A DNA stretch of 64,000 bases, taken from NCBI GenBank assembly GCA_951406725.2, contig OX597831.1, positions 38,502,001 to 38,566,000 on the forward strand, in the 5' to 3' direction. This stretch comes from Octopus vulgaris. Its lineage: Eukaryota. The number at the start of each line of letters is the position of its first letter. Within the stretch, counting starts at the first letter, position 1. Below the pieces are notes generated by a model that was given only the letters and a program-made list of their open reading frames with translations, searched no databases and had not been told where the DNA came from. The translations under genes were made by a program, and so were the position numbers. Positions 1 to 14,598 of this stretch are shown here, piece by piece.

Positions 1-144
1 TATGTAAAACAAATGAAGAATGGCAGTGGGTGTCGAAGAAATAGTGAAGTTGATCAAAGGAGAATGGAGATCTTGAAAGAGATGACAAAGAATAATTACA
101 TAGACACACACACGTGTGTGTGTGTGAATGTATGTGTGTATCTG

Positions 145-169
145 TAGAGATAGATAGATAAATAGATAG

Positions 170-206
<37 letters not shown>

Positions 207-288
207 TAGTGATAGAAAGATAGATAGATAGATAGGTAGATAGATAGATAGACAGACAAACAAACAGACATACAGACAGACAGACAGG

Positions 289-336
<48 letters not shown>

Positions 337-337
337 C

Positions 338-376
<39 letters not shown>

Positions 377-410
377 CAGATAGATAGAAAGATAGATAGA
401 TAGATAAATA
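145..410. repeat. compound (GATA)n/(GA)n/(GACA)n microsatellite
   Basis: Tandem gata/gaca units seen directly. Confidence 0.95.
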
Positions 411-617
411 TACAATGTCTAGAGAAAAAGAGCATAAACAATGATAACGATGTAATTCTGCTCGGAAAGAACAGAAAAAATGATTTAGCGCTTCCGAATA
501 AAAATTATTTCTTAAGAAACGGGATTTAGAGCTGAATGACGTTTCTTGGCAGAGATGTTGTTCCAGTCAAGGGAGATAAGACATACATGAATGATTCATA
601 CCGTGTGTAAATATAAT

Positions 618-669
<52 letters not shown>

Positions 670-2035
670 GTGTGTTTGCTAATGCGTTCGACGATAATGT
701 CTTTTATACGTCTACATGTATGTACTTATATGTATCTTACGTTATGTTATTATGTGTGGTAAACATATAACACATTATGAAAAATGTTTGAAGTTCTACA
801 TAGATAAGTTAACAATATGAAAGATATTTTGTCTGAAATAACAATAATTACACTTTTACTGCTGAGAAATCACAGTAAACTCTATTAGTTCCGTTCGTTA
901 TTATCTAACAAATTCCTTTGTATATTTTTTCTTCTACAACGACAAAATGTCTTACCTCCCGAGAAATTCATTCAAATCTGTCTAGCTTCTTGACGAAAGA
1001 CCATAGAACGCGACAATGAACAATATCTTTGTTCATCCTTCTATACAGGAATCATTTCCAGTACTCTAGCATGATTTTCCGATTTTTCATGCCAAAGATC
1101 TTTTGGGTGGTGAAGGAAGAGAGAACATTTTTCATTTGATTTCAAAACTTCAAAACCTGACACTAACCAAGAGTTGGTTCGATACTCGATTCTCGGATTG
1201 AAATCTATGTGATCTTCCATATACTTTTTACGACAAAATGCTGAATCAAGCTATTATTCCTCGATAAAATACAAACTTCTTTACTTCACCAATTGTGTAG
1301 AAGTGAGAGTATATTTTTCGTCATTTAAATGCTTCCATAAACACACAGATAGCAACATACTGGAAAAGTGAAAAACAAAAGCCCCGCTTAAAAATATGCA
1401 CACATTCATATACATAAGAATTTACATGTATAATTAGTAGCTTGCAGTTAATTATTTCCATTAATTAAAACAAATCTTGTTGAAAGCCAGTCTCCTACTT
1501 CAAATATATTGTCTGAAAGATTACATTATTTTCATTTTCTAAAATTAAATTACCTGAATTCCAATATTACAGGAACTGGCCTATATTGTCTTCTTTGACG
1601 ATGAGCTAGATCGATACGATAAATGAATTACCTTGTCTTTCGTCGTTCATTTAGTTATTTTCTACAACTGTTTGTATCATATTCTTCCTTAAATGATCAT
1701 GATTTTATCACAAGGCTCTGCCGCACAGGATATTTCAGACTTAAAAAAAAAAAAAACTAAGTGGAAATTATAAATACATATGGGAATGTAAACATCTATG
1801 CACCTATATAAGCTTCTGCGCAGTTTACTCGACGAAACTGAAGTCACAAACTTTGGATCAACAAAAGATTACACCAGAGAATGCTTTCGACGTTCAGAGC
1901 AGCGTGATCAAAACAAACCATGAGACTGCAAATCGAACAAAGCCATTTTGGGGAGTATGTAATGTCCGTTCTCGCATATAGCTGTTATGTAAGTGTGCAT
2001 TTGTTTCCGTGTATAATGTGTTGTGTGTAAAAAAA

Positions 2036-2116
2036 CATCCTGACGAGGGGAGTGTCAATTTCAAATGTATGATATGTTTCATATTAATTGGCGCGTCTCC
2101 GAAACGGCCGTAGATG
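2036..2116 (+). ncRNA. type I hammerhead ribozyme with canonical core and long stem II (PLE-type)
   Basis: CATC-CTGACGA-[GGGGAGTGTCAATT...AATTGGCGCGTCTCC]-GAAAC-GGCC-GTA-GATG. Stem I is CATC/GATG, stem III is palindromic ACGGCCGT, cleavage triplet GUA. Confidence 0.85.
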
Positions 2117-2591
2117 AACATTTTTGTATTTTTGTAATTTTGTATATTTATCTTTTCTGTATTTTTCTCTGGAATTTTAATACGTCATTTTAATATGTCA
2201 TTGTATGTTTTATTAGCCCAAATTTATAATTTAACAAATTTTTACCAAATGTTTTATGATTTTAAGCGTAAATTCAATGTGTTATATATGCAACATTGAT
2301 TCTTATATATTTACATATTATATTTGATGTTTATATATTTATATATTATTATATTTTTAAATGTTGGACTTTATATCTGTTCTGTAGATATAAATGATTA
2401 TATGAATATATGTATGTGTTTGATCTTTCTGTGGATTTTGTAATGTTCCTTTTGTTGCAGCTCACATTGCCTCCCCTTGGATTAATAAGTGAATACAGCT
2501 CATTTGAGCACTACAATTCCGGTCTGTTATATATTTTGAGCGTTGTTGTCACTAGCGATCTCAAGATATAACTTTGTATTTTGTAATTTAT

Positions 2592-2651
<60 letters not shown>

Positions 2652-3276
2652 TATATACGCATGTATGTATGTAAGACTATATAGACGCACGTGTGTCTGT
2701 ATATATTTTATACGTAGTTACAATGAATGGAGCGATGGAAAGAGAAAGGGAGAACAGAGAAACAGAGATAGAATTAGTAAGAAATTAAAGGAGAAACAAA
2801 TGAACACAAAAAAACGAAAAAGGAAAATAATAAATAATCCCTACGGTTAGAATTTTCATGAAAGTACATTAAAGAAAAAAAAGGTAAATTCATAACCCAA
2901 GTCAAACACAGCAATAGTATGAAATCAAAGACCTTTATGATAATTAAGAGTGAAAGCAAAACTATAAAAACATACAATATATAAAATAGAGAAATAACAA
3001 TATATATTTTTTTTCAAATTGAAATTCCATACGCTATGATAATATCACACTGTACGACATGATTTACATTATTCAGAAAAGAAAATTAAACCGAAGAATC
3101 TCTTGGACTTTTGGTGCTACTGACTACAGGGTAAAAATTATACACAGGAGACAATGTGTCTACATGATTTCGAATAATATGAAGTGAAGGGAAGCAAATG
3201 TTGGAATATCAAGAATATCTGTCTACTGATGTAATTTAATCTGTCTGTCTATTTATCTATCTGCATCGCCGCTTAC

Positions 3277-3338
<62 letters not shown>

Positions 3339-3492
3339 TCATCTATCCATCTACCTATCTACTTCCTTGTATGCATTTATCTATAAACCTATTTCTTATA
3401 TCCATGTGTCTATTTATCAATAACAATAACAATATATATGTTTGTGTGTGTGCGTGTGTTCACATAAATACATATGTATAACTATATCTAGG

Positions 3493-3730
<238 letters not shown>

Positions 3731-4599
3731 TGTGGATTTCTATGTAACGAATGAACACAGGTAGTTATACGAGTCGTTTGAGTGTACAGAGTGCTCTAGA
3801 CTTTAAAAACAGAAAAGAGATAAGAAAGAAACTAGAATCGATTGAAGAATGAATTTATAATTAGATTTAGAATCTTCAGTACTTTATAATGGCCGGAGCT
3901 AATTTGGTATCGGATTCCTAAGGCTAGAATTTTCTGACGATTCTCATCTGGCTTCAAACCATAGGTTACTATGAAGTATCGCACTTTACATTATAGAAAT
4001 ACATCCTGCTTTGAACGAGATAGGAGATGTGTATGTTTTAAAATTAGTAAATGACTGTCCTGAAAAGGTCTCCAAACATCTGGAATGCACCTTGTATATT
4101 AGAACTGATAAACAAATCAGACAGAAAACGTTGTTTCAAAGACAGTGCTTCATTTGTTTCTTAAATGAAATCATGAATGTGTACGAAGTGTTCTGGTGAG
4201 AATATTTTCGGTTTCAGTTTTCCTAATACGAAAAAGGCAAGACAATGTGAAGAATCTCCAGGGAATGATGTAGCTTTATTGCGTTCGTTTCTCTGTAAAT
4301 GTTCTTAAGCCTTATTTCATTAGGCTTATTTATTCATCCTTCACTTTCGCAGTATTTTACGTTTGTTTTCACTCTATGCATCATTTCTGGAATAATCTCG
4401 CCTATATTCTGCTTCTCTTGAATTGATTGAATTTTACACACACACACACACACACACAAACAAACAAACAAACAAACAAATACACATTCATACACACGTA
4501 TATATCTCTGAGAACCCCTTCTGTCATGACTGACCCTGGAATTGCACCTATGAATTTACCCTAAGGGAAAGGCAAAGAGCCCGATACGGCTTGGTGCCT

Positions 4600-4757
4600 G
4601 TGACGTAGCATCTCATTTCTACAGCTGAGTAAACTGGAGCAACGTGATATAAAGTGTCTTGCTAAAGAACACAACACAAAACTCAGTCCGGAATTCGAAC
4701 TCACAAACTCACGATCGTAATCTCGAAGCTCTATAACCACTGAGCCATGCGCCTCCA
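4600..4757 (-). mobile_element. tRNA-derived SINE, diverged family C-related head
   Basis: Reverse complement reads GGAGGCGCATGGCTCAGTGGTTATAG...GTGAGTTCGAATTCCGG, with A- and B-box-like motifs. Confidence 0.65.
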
Positions 4758-4758
4758 C

Positions 4759-4804
<46 letters not shown>

Positions 4805-5030
4805 GGCGGCGAGCTGGCAGAAACGTTAGCGCGCCGGGCGAAATGCTTAGCGGTATTTTGTCTGTCGTTACGTTCTGAGTTCAAATTCCGCCGAGGTCGA
4901 CTTTGCCTTTCATCCTTTCGAGGTCGATAAATAAAGTACTAGTTTCGCACTAGGGTCAATGTAATCGACTTAATCCGTTTGTCTGTCCTTGTTTGTCCTT
5001 TCTATGTTTAGCCCCTTGTGGGCAACAAAG

Positions 5031-5033
<3 letters not shown>
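4805..5033 (+). mobile_element. SINE family B (GGCGGCGAGCTGGCAGAAACGTTAGC...GAGTTCAAATTCCGCCGAGGTCGAC)
   Basis: B-box GAGTTCAAATTCC. Near-identical copy at 34918-35137 and many diverged copies. Flanked by (TA)n. Confidence 0.85.
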
Positions 5034-5108
<75 letters not shown>

Positions 5109-5141
5109 TAGATAGATATGTATATTTATATATGTATATGA

Positions 5142-5182
<41 letters not shown>

Positions 5183-5826
5183 GTATACGCACACATGCAC
5201 ACATGCATACACATATACACTCATATTCACACACACGTATATATATATAAGTTATTAATGTGTAATCCTCATGAACGAATGATTTCGTCAAAGGAAAAAC
5301 TGTTTCAATACCTAGTTTTCGGGGAGAATAAATTTCCTTAAAATAATAGGTGTATAGAAAAACATATAGTTTATAATCATTTAAATGATTGAAATAAAAT
5401 GGAGATTAGCAAGGGAATAATGATTTATAAAAGTTAATAATTGTTAATAATTGTTTGAGTCTGCTAAAAGGAATTCCTAAGCACGCACATAACATTCAAA
5501 TAACCATCCTTTTCCCTCTGATGATCTTGTGTTCATGTCACGATAATGTATTAACGTTAGTTTCTTTTACTGGTTGGAAAGACGGAAAAGGAAAGTTGAG
5601 TAGAAGGCGGAGGGGAGAAAGGAGTGGAGTTGGTGGAGTATTAATTGAAACGGCTGTAATGGAAGATGATCAATTTGTTTTAGTAATAAATAATTTTTTT
5701 AAATGGATCTACAAAGACAATATCCCTACATATCTCACATCTATTTTCTTTTCTTTCCTCCCTCCACCTTACTCTCTATTTTATATCTTATCTAAATTAA
5801 CTATTTCTTAAACATCCTCTCTCACC

Positions 5827-5874
5827 GTCTCCGATGAAGGGATATAATAAATATCTTGGAAACAGCTGTAAGAC
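5827..5874 (+). ncRNA. type I hammerhead-like motif, U4C core variant
   Basis: GTCT-CCGATGA-AGGGATAT aataa ATATCTTG-GAAAC-AGCT-GTA-AGAC. Stem I GTCT/AGAC; palindromic stem III ACAGCTGT. Confidence 0.7.
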
Positions 5875-5984
5875 CTTCTATTTATAAATATTCTAAAATC
5901 TACACAGCCTTGGTTTTTTATCTCATTACGAAGTGTATGTGTCTAGTAAAATCGAATAATCGCACATTAAAAATAACAAGAGTA

Positions 5985-6130
5985 AAACAACAAGAGGGTA
6001 TGCACGCGGAATGTATTACCATGACGCTGGATGAAAGTGGAAAAAGAGAGTATTTTTGACGTTCGAATATAGATCTTCGTGAGAAAAGAAAACGGAAAAG
6101 CCTAGAGAATTAAAAATATCACCAACAGCC
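5985..6130 (-). mobile_element. degraded copy of short HHR-bearing element H2
   Basis: Reverse complement TTTT-CTCACGA-A-GATCTATATTC-GAAC-GTC-AAAA aligns by eye with 41313-41347 and 62091-62125. Confidence 0.5.
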
Positions 6131-7164
6131 CTCGTGTTGTTATATGCCTTATGCATAGCTATAGGTACATATATAAATATGTGTAGGGTTTTGAAAAATA
6201 GCTTGGTTAAGGTTCAAACTTGAAGTGAGACTGTGAGTGCAAACCATCTGCTATGGGTGTTGTAAGACGTAGATATGTGAGAGCAAAACTGGAGGGTAGA
6301 GGTTTAGAATTTGTACCAAGAAGAAGTTCAAATTTAGATACCCTTAAGAGGATTCGGATTAGCATGTTTATAATTCCTTCTAATGTGCTTGGTAATGCAG
6401 TTAGTGAACATATGCATCGGGAGGGTAAATATTTCTGGATTTTGTTTAAAAGGGAAATTTATATCCTGGGGAAAATGCTGTAGAGGTCCTTTTTGGAATG
6501 AGTTCATCGTATTCTAGAATTTGATGTTCCTAATCACTTGAAGAAGATCCGTTTCGAATTTAACCAGCGAGGGATTAGGAGGTGTATTCTTCTATGATCT
6601 TAAGTTGTAGCAATCATTATCTTTGGAATCATAAGAATTATTTGATTTGCTGTAGAAGAAAGCCTTCCATCTCAACTATAAAATGAATTCATCGGTTTTC
6701 TGTAATATTAATTCGATGTAAAGGTCCCTGGAGGGAATTGGGATATTCTTATTAGAAATATTTAAGTATTTCTTAACTGAATTAAGCGTAATCTATAAGT
6801 AGCGTTCGGTTCAGACAATGGTATGTCAACATTGAAAACACATAGTAGTGTCAGAAAGGCTTTAAACTTTAACACCGAATTCTTCGTTTAGGTCAAGGCT
6901 CATTTCTTGAAGAATAACTATATAAGAAATACCAACCGCCTTGATATCCGTATCAAATAATAGAGTTAGGATTGATATAAATATAAAGAATTTAATGTAA
7001 CACCCAACAATACACACTACAAGCACAGATTAAGATAAGAAAATATGTAAATTCATAACTCAACAGCTGTTCCAAGTTCAAATAGATTTCTATCAAACAT
7101 AACTGTGTTTATATTCATTACTGACCTTGTATGTAGGCATATATACGTACAGTTTTTACTTTTG

Positions 7165-7228
<64 letters not shown>

Positions 7229-7230
<2 letters not shown>

Positions 7231-7617
7231 CGCAGGAGTGGCTGTGTGGTAAGAGGCTTGCTAACCAACCACATGGTTCCGGGTTCACTCCCACTGTGTG
7301 GCATCTTGGGCAAGTGTCTTCTACTATAGCCCCGGGCCGACCAATGCCTTGTGAGTGGATTTGGTAGACGGAAACTGAAAGAAGCCTGTCGTATATATGT
7401 ATATATATATGTGTGTGTGTGTGTTTGTGTTTGTCCCCCTAGCATTGCTTGACAACCGATGCTGGTGTGTTTACGTCCCCGTCACTTAGCGGTTCGGCAA
7501 AAGAGACCGATAGAATAAGTACTGGGCTTACAAAGAATAAGGCCCGCGGTCGATTCGCTCGACTAAAGGCGGTGCTCCAGCATAGCCGCAGTCAAATGAC
7601 TGAAACAAGTAAAAGAG
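7229..7617 (+). mobile_element. SINE family A, full length (tRNA-like head, internal TA/TG microsatellite, conserved 3' half)
   Basis: GGCGCAGGAGTGGCTGTGTGGTAAG...GGTTCACTCCC...GAAACAAGTAAAAGAG. Near-identical copies at 39568-39962 and 58965-59369. Confidence 0.9.
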
Positions 7618-8008
7618 TATATATATATATAGTTCAGTTATTGGGATTTCAATCAAAAGATTTGTGGGTATTCCATTTCAGATAATGCAAAAAGAATATA
7701 ACGAGCATCTATGATGGAAAATTCGTGGTATCTATATGCACATCAAGAAATAAAACTATGTACTACTCAAAGACTATGTATTACTCATACCATATTGTGT
7801 ACATTTATACACATCACAGCAATACACTCATGGGATTCATAAGGCTAGAAAGAACAGCTAGGTTCTAAAACCACAAAAATTAGGGATAAATTTCCGAAAG
7901 GTACGACAGGAAAAATGAAAACGTTTACCATTATATGTGTATGTATGTATGTATGTATGTATGTATGTATGTATGTATGTATGTATCTATCCATCTATCT
8001 ATCTATAT

Positions 8009-8039
<31 letters not shown>

Positions 8040-8099
8040 TAGATTCATACATATATATACTTATATATATATACACAGGCACAGACACACACACATACG

Positions 8100-8206
<107 letters not shown>

Positions 8207-9796
8207 TTCAAGTTGTTAAAGTGAGGAACGCATCTATAATTTCTATAAATTCGCCGTATTGTCTAATATCTGCCGACGAAATAACCTGACCCGAATTCCC
8301 GAATGTTTGAAGTTTGACCTTCTACAAAATGACAACTTAATGACCATTGTATCATACTGAGTCGTAAGGTATACTTGTTTTAAATGTTTTGAGAGATACG
8401 CTACGTCTAATAAACTACAGCGGAATTGCCTCGTTTTGAACGTCTTTGTTCATAGGACTACCTGAAAAAGAGCTGACCTTAGGTTGAAGAAGCAGAGATA
8501 CTCCTTCTACTAGCATTGCCACTTCTACTCTCACTACTAAAACTACATGCAGAAGACTATTTCTCCATACACGTACATACATGTTTATGCATGTGCATGA
8601 AACCTCACACGCACACGCACACAGATATAAATTCACAATCATTCAATTACATATATACTCATATGCACTCAAAATCAAGCATATTATTTGAGAACCAATA
8701 ATTCCTTGACGAATGTCATAAATCTGAAACCTGTTGAAATCTAAATTTTATTTTATTTTATTTTTCTATTTGTCTTGACTTCAATTCCACATTTCATGAC
8801 AGATAGTATCGCACTTTTTCTTTTTCTTTATAAAAAAAGAAAGAAAATTATTTAAATCCTTCTTTCCAAGAAATAATATGCTAAGAAAACACAAATATAG
8901 AAGAAAAATACAACGAATCGGACAAATCTAATTATATATTTAATGATTGTCAATTATAAACCAAATGAAAAGCAAAACATACAAACCTTCACTTAAACAA
9001 AAAATGCGAATCACTAAAAATTTGAAAAATTAAAATCCGAATTATGTCATTTGGAAATTTCGTTTCAGTTTATTTTGTGACAACATGTCATTAACATCTT
9101 GTCTCAATAATGAGGTCATGTTTTCTTTACTGACACTTGTGCAAGTCATTCGAGACAAGAAATTAACTAACAAAATTGTCATTCGATGTGTTAAATATTC
9201 AGGAGTAAGATTTGCCGTCAGAAATAATCTTGTTTCCTTTTATTTTTTTCCCGCCTTTCATCTACTTTCGCTTTCCTTTAAGATTGTTTTCGAATTATTA
9301 CATCCCATCAGAGGATTTCGACAAACTTTCGGTTTATGATGCTAATATGAGAAACATTTATTTTTCTCACTAAGTGTAAGGCTGTATTTTTATTCTCTTT
9401 GATTTGATTATACTCTAAAGAAACAGAAAATATTGTAAAATAATGAAATCAAAGTATAAACAGTTATAATTGCACAAGCACTAGACATTACGTCTAAAGA
9501 ATTATTAATGTTGAAGTTGATATAATGAAATTATATATAATAAGTTATGGTAGATCGTATGTTCAGTTTTGGTTTCATTTGCGTTTACTTACATAATTTA
9601 GTGCACACTGTTTCTAGTAGGGTGGAGTGAGATGTCGAGGGTTCCCAGCCAAGTTCAAGGTTTCTTATTTTACTGAGACATTATTTGAAGAACCAGGAGA
9701 ACAATGATTCGATATCTTCGGACTCATGTATGTATGAACGCACACACACACACAGAGGCACTCACACGTGCACACACACAAACACAGCAAATGCAT

Positions 9797-9886
<90 letters not shown>

Positions 9887-10069
9887 GTACATATATAATA
9901 ATAAATATATATATGCATATATATACACATATGTATGTATGCATATGCATATATGGGTACAGGACGTCACCAACTGTGCAAACAAAATGCAATACTTAAA
10001 CAAAGGAGGTAAATACGTAAACAAATGAATACATATATATATGTATTCATATAAAATATATATATATGA

Positions 10070-10100
<31 letters not shown>

Positions 10101-10149
10101 GTAATGGTGGATTTCTTCGCAATTCACAACAGAAAAGCCGAAAGGCTGA

Positions 10150-10350
10150 AATATAGATGATGCTAAAATTACTAAAGGCACTAATCTGCACCAGTATTGT
10201 TAAAAACGAGAGTCAAAACGACTCATGGCCACAGAAAGTACTTATTATGACTGACAAGGGAGGCAGTTATAAGTGCTTTCTGTGGCTATAAGTTGTTTTG
10301 ACTCTAATTTCTAGCAATACCGGTGCTCACAAGTGCCCTTAGTCACTATA
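10150..10350. repeat. imperfect long inverted repeat (foldback, about 100 bp arms)
   Basis: ACTAAAGGCAC...AGAGTCAAAACGACTCATGGCCACAGAAAGTACTTAT pairs with ATAAGTGCTTTCTGTGGCTATAAGTTGTTTTGACTCT...GTGCCCTTAGT. Confidence 0.75.
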
Positions 10351-10716
10351 TATAGCATAATTTCAGTAGTCCTTAGTCGAAAGACACCTGTTGTTAAGTC
10401 CTGTTATTTGTATTTGTGTGACATTCTCTGTTTTCTCCATCCTTGTTTTCGTATACATTCGCTGCTTTCTTCCGAGGAATCTAATGCTCTTAGCTTAGTA
10501 TTTTTCTTGGGGCTGACCAGATTGGAGCAATCTCGAGTATAACCATCCGCAATTGCAAAGATAATCTGGAACTCTCGACTTATGCAGTTGGTTTTAGGCA
10601 AATGTTTAATCGCATCTTTAATTTTTTCTATATGGTATGATTTAAGTATCTCATTGTTGAATTGCTCCATGGTGGTTCTTCTCTAATTTATATGTATGAT
10701 ATATATATATATATAT

Positions 10717-10865
10717 ACGACGAGCTTCCTTCAGTTTCCGTCTACTAAATCGACTCACAAGGCTTTTGTTGGTCGAGGCTATAGTAGAAGACACTTGCCC
10801 AAGGTGCCGTACACAGTGGGACGACTAAAACCTGAAACATGTGGTTGGTAAGCAACCTACTTACA
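10717..10865 (-). mobile_element. SINE family A, 5' half
   Basis: Matches the reverse complement of 7250-7392. Confidence 0.8.
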
Positions 10866-10938
10866 TAAATATAGACATATATACATATACACATATCTAT
10901 TTATCTCTCTCTCTCTCTCTCTCCCTCTCTCTCCATAT

Positions 10939-10984
<46 letters not shown>

Positions 10985-10986
<2 letters not shown>

Positions 10987-11143
10987 TTGTTTCTCTCCTT
11001 GTATTTTCTGTGTCCCTTTCTGTACAAGAGCGTAGGCAAGAAACGTAAAAGTATTTTTCTATTCCTGAGCGTTATACTAATACATCTGTTTGTTTTGTAC
11101 ACCACTTGTCTTCGTCTTTGTTTTTTTTTCCGTAAACTCTCCC
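10985..11143 (+). mobile_element. short HHR-bearing element H1 (decayed core) between (TA)n tracts
   Basis: Nearly identical to 21310-21468. CTTT-CTGTACA-AGAGCGTAGGCAA-GAAAC-GTA-AAAG. Confidence 0.75.
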
Positions 11144-11169
11144 TATATATAAATATAGATAGATACATA

Positions 11170-12288
11170 CGTACGAGTCGGTTGGACATCGTTTGTGAGA
11201 AAAATAACGCCACAATATAATATACTCTGCCAGAAATGTGGAAACAACATGCTGTAATGCTTGGCATTCGCGCCCGACGCTGCAGTACGAACGTTTCTAG
11301 AGTGTTTGAGTATCAATGTGACGACAGTTGAGGGGATTCGAAAAAGGTTGCATGAGTCTAATGGTAGTTATGAAGGCACGGAAGTTCCGAAAACTCACTC
11401 TGATCATTCTGATGAGAAAAGAACTGAATTTGTTGGCGAGATCCAGGTCATGATTAATCAGGTACATCGACAGTGACATGAGTGTGTCTGAATTTATTAT
11501 CAGGCTGGAAGTGCTTGAAGACAAGATGAAAGACCGTGCTACGAAGCTTTTGATCAAACTCAAGCATCCCCTGGAACCGAACAAGCTTGGCTTTTTCTCA
11601 GACGAAAAAATATTATGCCAGGATCAGATGAACACACAGAACAACAGTTGGCTTGCCGTGTCCCCAAAACATGTACCGAGAGTGATAAAAATTCAAACAT
11701 CCAGTCAACATCATGGTGTCTGGAGTGGCCACTAGTAATGGCGACGTTATGCCTCCACTCATCTTCCCACACGGCCTCAGACTCAACACGGAGGCCTATA
11801 TTAGGTGCCTGGAGGAGGTAGTGCTGCTCTGCTTCAAGGGAGTGGCTGCTGGAAGACCCTATGTCTGGCAACAGGAGTCTGCACAATGCCACACAAGCAG
11901 GAGAACCCAGTCATGGCTGTCAGACAATTTCTATCACCACATCACACCAAACATCTGGCCACCTAACTCCCCAGACTGCAACCACCTTGATTATTATGTG
12001 CTGGGCGCAGTTGAGCGAGAGACCGACAAAACTCTTTGTAGCACCAAAGATTAACTAAAGGAGAGGATTATGGCAGCATTTACCAACTTAAACAAGAATA
12101 ATTGCAAAAGACTCCAAATTCGTCTGGAGGCTGTGGTTGACGCCAGGAGCGATTTTATTGAATAAATTTACTCATTAGATTTTCAAGATATTTTTATGTA
12201 ATTTTGGTAAATTTATATGCTAAAACGAGATGTTAGTGTTATTTTCACTTTTGCATAATTTAGACGACAATTTATTCACCGCATCTTG
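11170..12288 (+). mobile_element. Tc1/mariner DD37D (maT-type) transposon remnant, frameshifted transposase
   Basis: Motifs FFSDEK, WQQ(E)SAQCH and WPPNSPDCNHLDYYV, with 37 residues between the second and third catalytic positions. Right end TTTATTCACCGCATCTTG followed by TA. Left TIR not found. Confidence 0.85.
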
Positions 12289-13319
12289 TATATTTACTTT
12301 TGCGCCATCTCATTTCCAATAATGTAAGTCTACTCAGCAAATATCTTCTCTTTACTTAGACTAGTACCATGGTGTCTGTAACTAATCTTAATCATAACCC
12401 GAACTGTCTCTTCAGCTTGTTTAAATAATTAATATATTATTATACTTCGAATAATATTTTGTTTCCATACCGCATAATTACATTTTAATTCTTAGTTATT
12501 CGGCGTAAAATATATTCCTGACTTTGCGTTTCTGTAAATATTTTACAGTAATTTGGATATATTTGTGTTTATTATTACTATTATTTTTTAAATTTATATT
12601 AATAAGCAAGGACATGTTCGTCTTTCTATGCTTTCTGATCGATGGTATATAGAAATATTTCCCAACATTTGATGACAACTCTGTTATTTTATTTGACTAT
12701 GACTAAGTGTTAACCAATTTAAATCATCAGATGACGAGTTGGTAGATTTATTAGAATGTCTGCGGTAAAACTGCTTAATGGAATTTCTTCTGGCCCTTTA
12801 TGTTCTGAGTTCTAATACCGCAAAGGTCAATTCTGCCTTTCATCCTTTGTCGGTGGCGATAAAATAAAGTGCTAGTAAAATACTAAGGCCGATGTAATCG
12901 AATAACCCATCCCCGCTTGACAACTGGTGTTGGTTTGTTTGCATTTCGGCAAACGAGACGGCCAGCACAAACGTTCCAGATTTCAAAATTAAGTACAGGG
13001 GTTGATTTATTCGAACAAGTACTTCAAGGGGGTGGCCCAGAATAGCCTCAGCCCAGTGACTGAAGCCAGTAAAAGTGGTACATGCATATCTGCACAGACC
13101 ATTCATAAAAGAGAAACAAAATTAAAACTATGGTATTAAAATCTTTACTCAGCCAAGGAATATTTTTCCTTACTTTAACCTTTCTCTTTTCAGTTTCTAA
13201 ATTATAGATTTAAATATCGTAACTCAGCATTCGGTTGGTGACAATGATAAAGACGTACAAAAATAATTTCAGTGTGTATTTGCTAAGATAACTCATTATT
13301 AATTTCAATATATCCTCTG

Positions 13320-14425
13320 TCATACCCTGGAATATTCCTCTTCTAATAGGGATGGCTTTGGTTTTCATGAGTCCCTCTTTTAATTGGAGCTGTAGCACTG
13401 TCTGCTTCATGGAATGTTTTATATATTTTATGATCATTGGTGCTACCTTGTTCATGGCTAGTGGGGAATGCTATCAAAAGCCTTTTGGTAATTGATCCAG
13501 GCCATACATAGACCTTTCATCTTTCTGCGACTGTCTTCAGTTATGGCTTTTGTATCATTAGCTGATCTTTACAGCCTAAGAGCCTTTGCAGCATCCCTTC
13601 TGCTCTTCTGGAAACAGGTTGTTTTCTTCCAGATGCTTGCTCATTCTTAGCGATATTATTGCAGTAAATCCTTTGTAAATTGTAGGGAGACATGTTATTG
13701 GTTTGTAATTTTGTGGGTTTGCCGTTTCAGTGGATTTGACAACTTGTATAATTTCCCCTTCCGTAAATCATTCAGGTATTGTCTCTGTCTCTGCTACTAT
13801 TTCATTAAATTTCTCAGCCAGCTTTTTATGTGTTTCTGTCAGACATTTTAACCAGAAGTTGGGGGTTTTACTGTGCCCGAGTGCCTTCCAGTTGCTTAGT
13901 TTTTGCAGTGCCTGAGTGATCTCTTCAGTTGTTAAAGTGGTCCAGAGTTATTCAGGTACTGAATTCGTTGTTTTCATAGACCTTTTTTGATTTTGATCCT
14001 TCGCCGACTATATTTCTTTCCAAAATTCTTCCACTTCTTCCACTGTTGGTGCTGCATTTACTTATGATAGAATATTTTGGGGTTGGATTTGAACTGTTTG
14101 TTTTGTTCAAAGAAATGTTGTCGTTTCTCATATCGGCGGATTCTTTGTTCTTTGGCGAGGATATCATACTTTAGTTGTTCTTTTACCTCAGGTAAAACTT
14201 TTTCTATAATTTTGTATTTGTACAAAATTTTTCTCTTGTTGTTGCTTAGTAAAATTGATTGTCTACTAGTTTCGTTGAGGATTGACAGATCTTTTCTCTT
14301 GTTTTCTGTGTTCTCTGGATATTATTTATCCACAGGATTTGTCTGGATTGTAGTACCCCTGTTTGGATCGATTTGAGGGAGTTTCCAACTCCTTATTATT
14401 TGGGCTTGAAGGAGTATCCAGCTTA
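13320..14425 (-). mobile_element. R4/Dong-like non-LTR retrotransposon fragment (pre-RT region and N-half of RT), pseudogenised
   Basis: Minus-strand peptides RIRRYEKRQHFFEQNKQF, NYKPITCLPTIYKGFT, WIxYQKAFDSIP and PIRRGIFQG. Its 5' end abuts a (TGA)n/(TAA)n array. Confidence 0.8.
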
Positions 14426-14430
14426 TTATT

Positions 14431-14498
<68 letters not shown>

Positions 14499-14500
14499 TG

Positions 14501-14588
<88 letters not shown>

Positions 14589-14598
14589 CATTATTATT
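14425..14598. repeat. (CAT)n-(TAT)n trinucleotide array
   Basis: Seen directly. Confidence 0.95.

Noticed and set aside
5510-5555. CTGATGA hammerhead-like start
   Set aside because: No GAAA and no convincing stem I.
6160-7010. Possible PLE N-terminal coding remnant
   Set aside because: No diagnostic motif could be read by eye.
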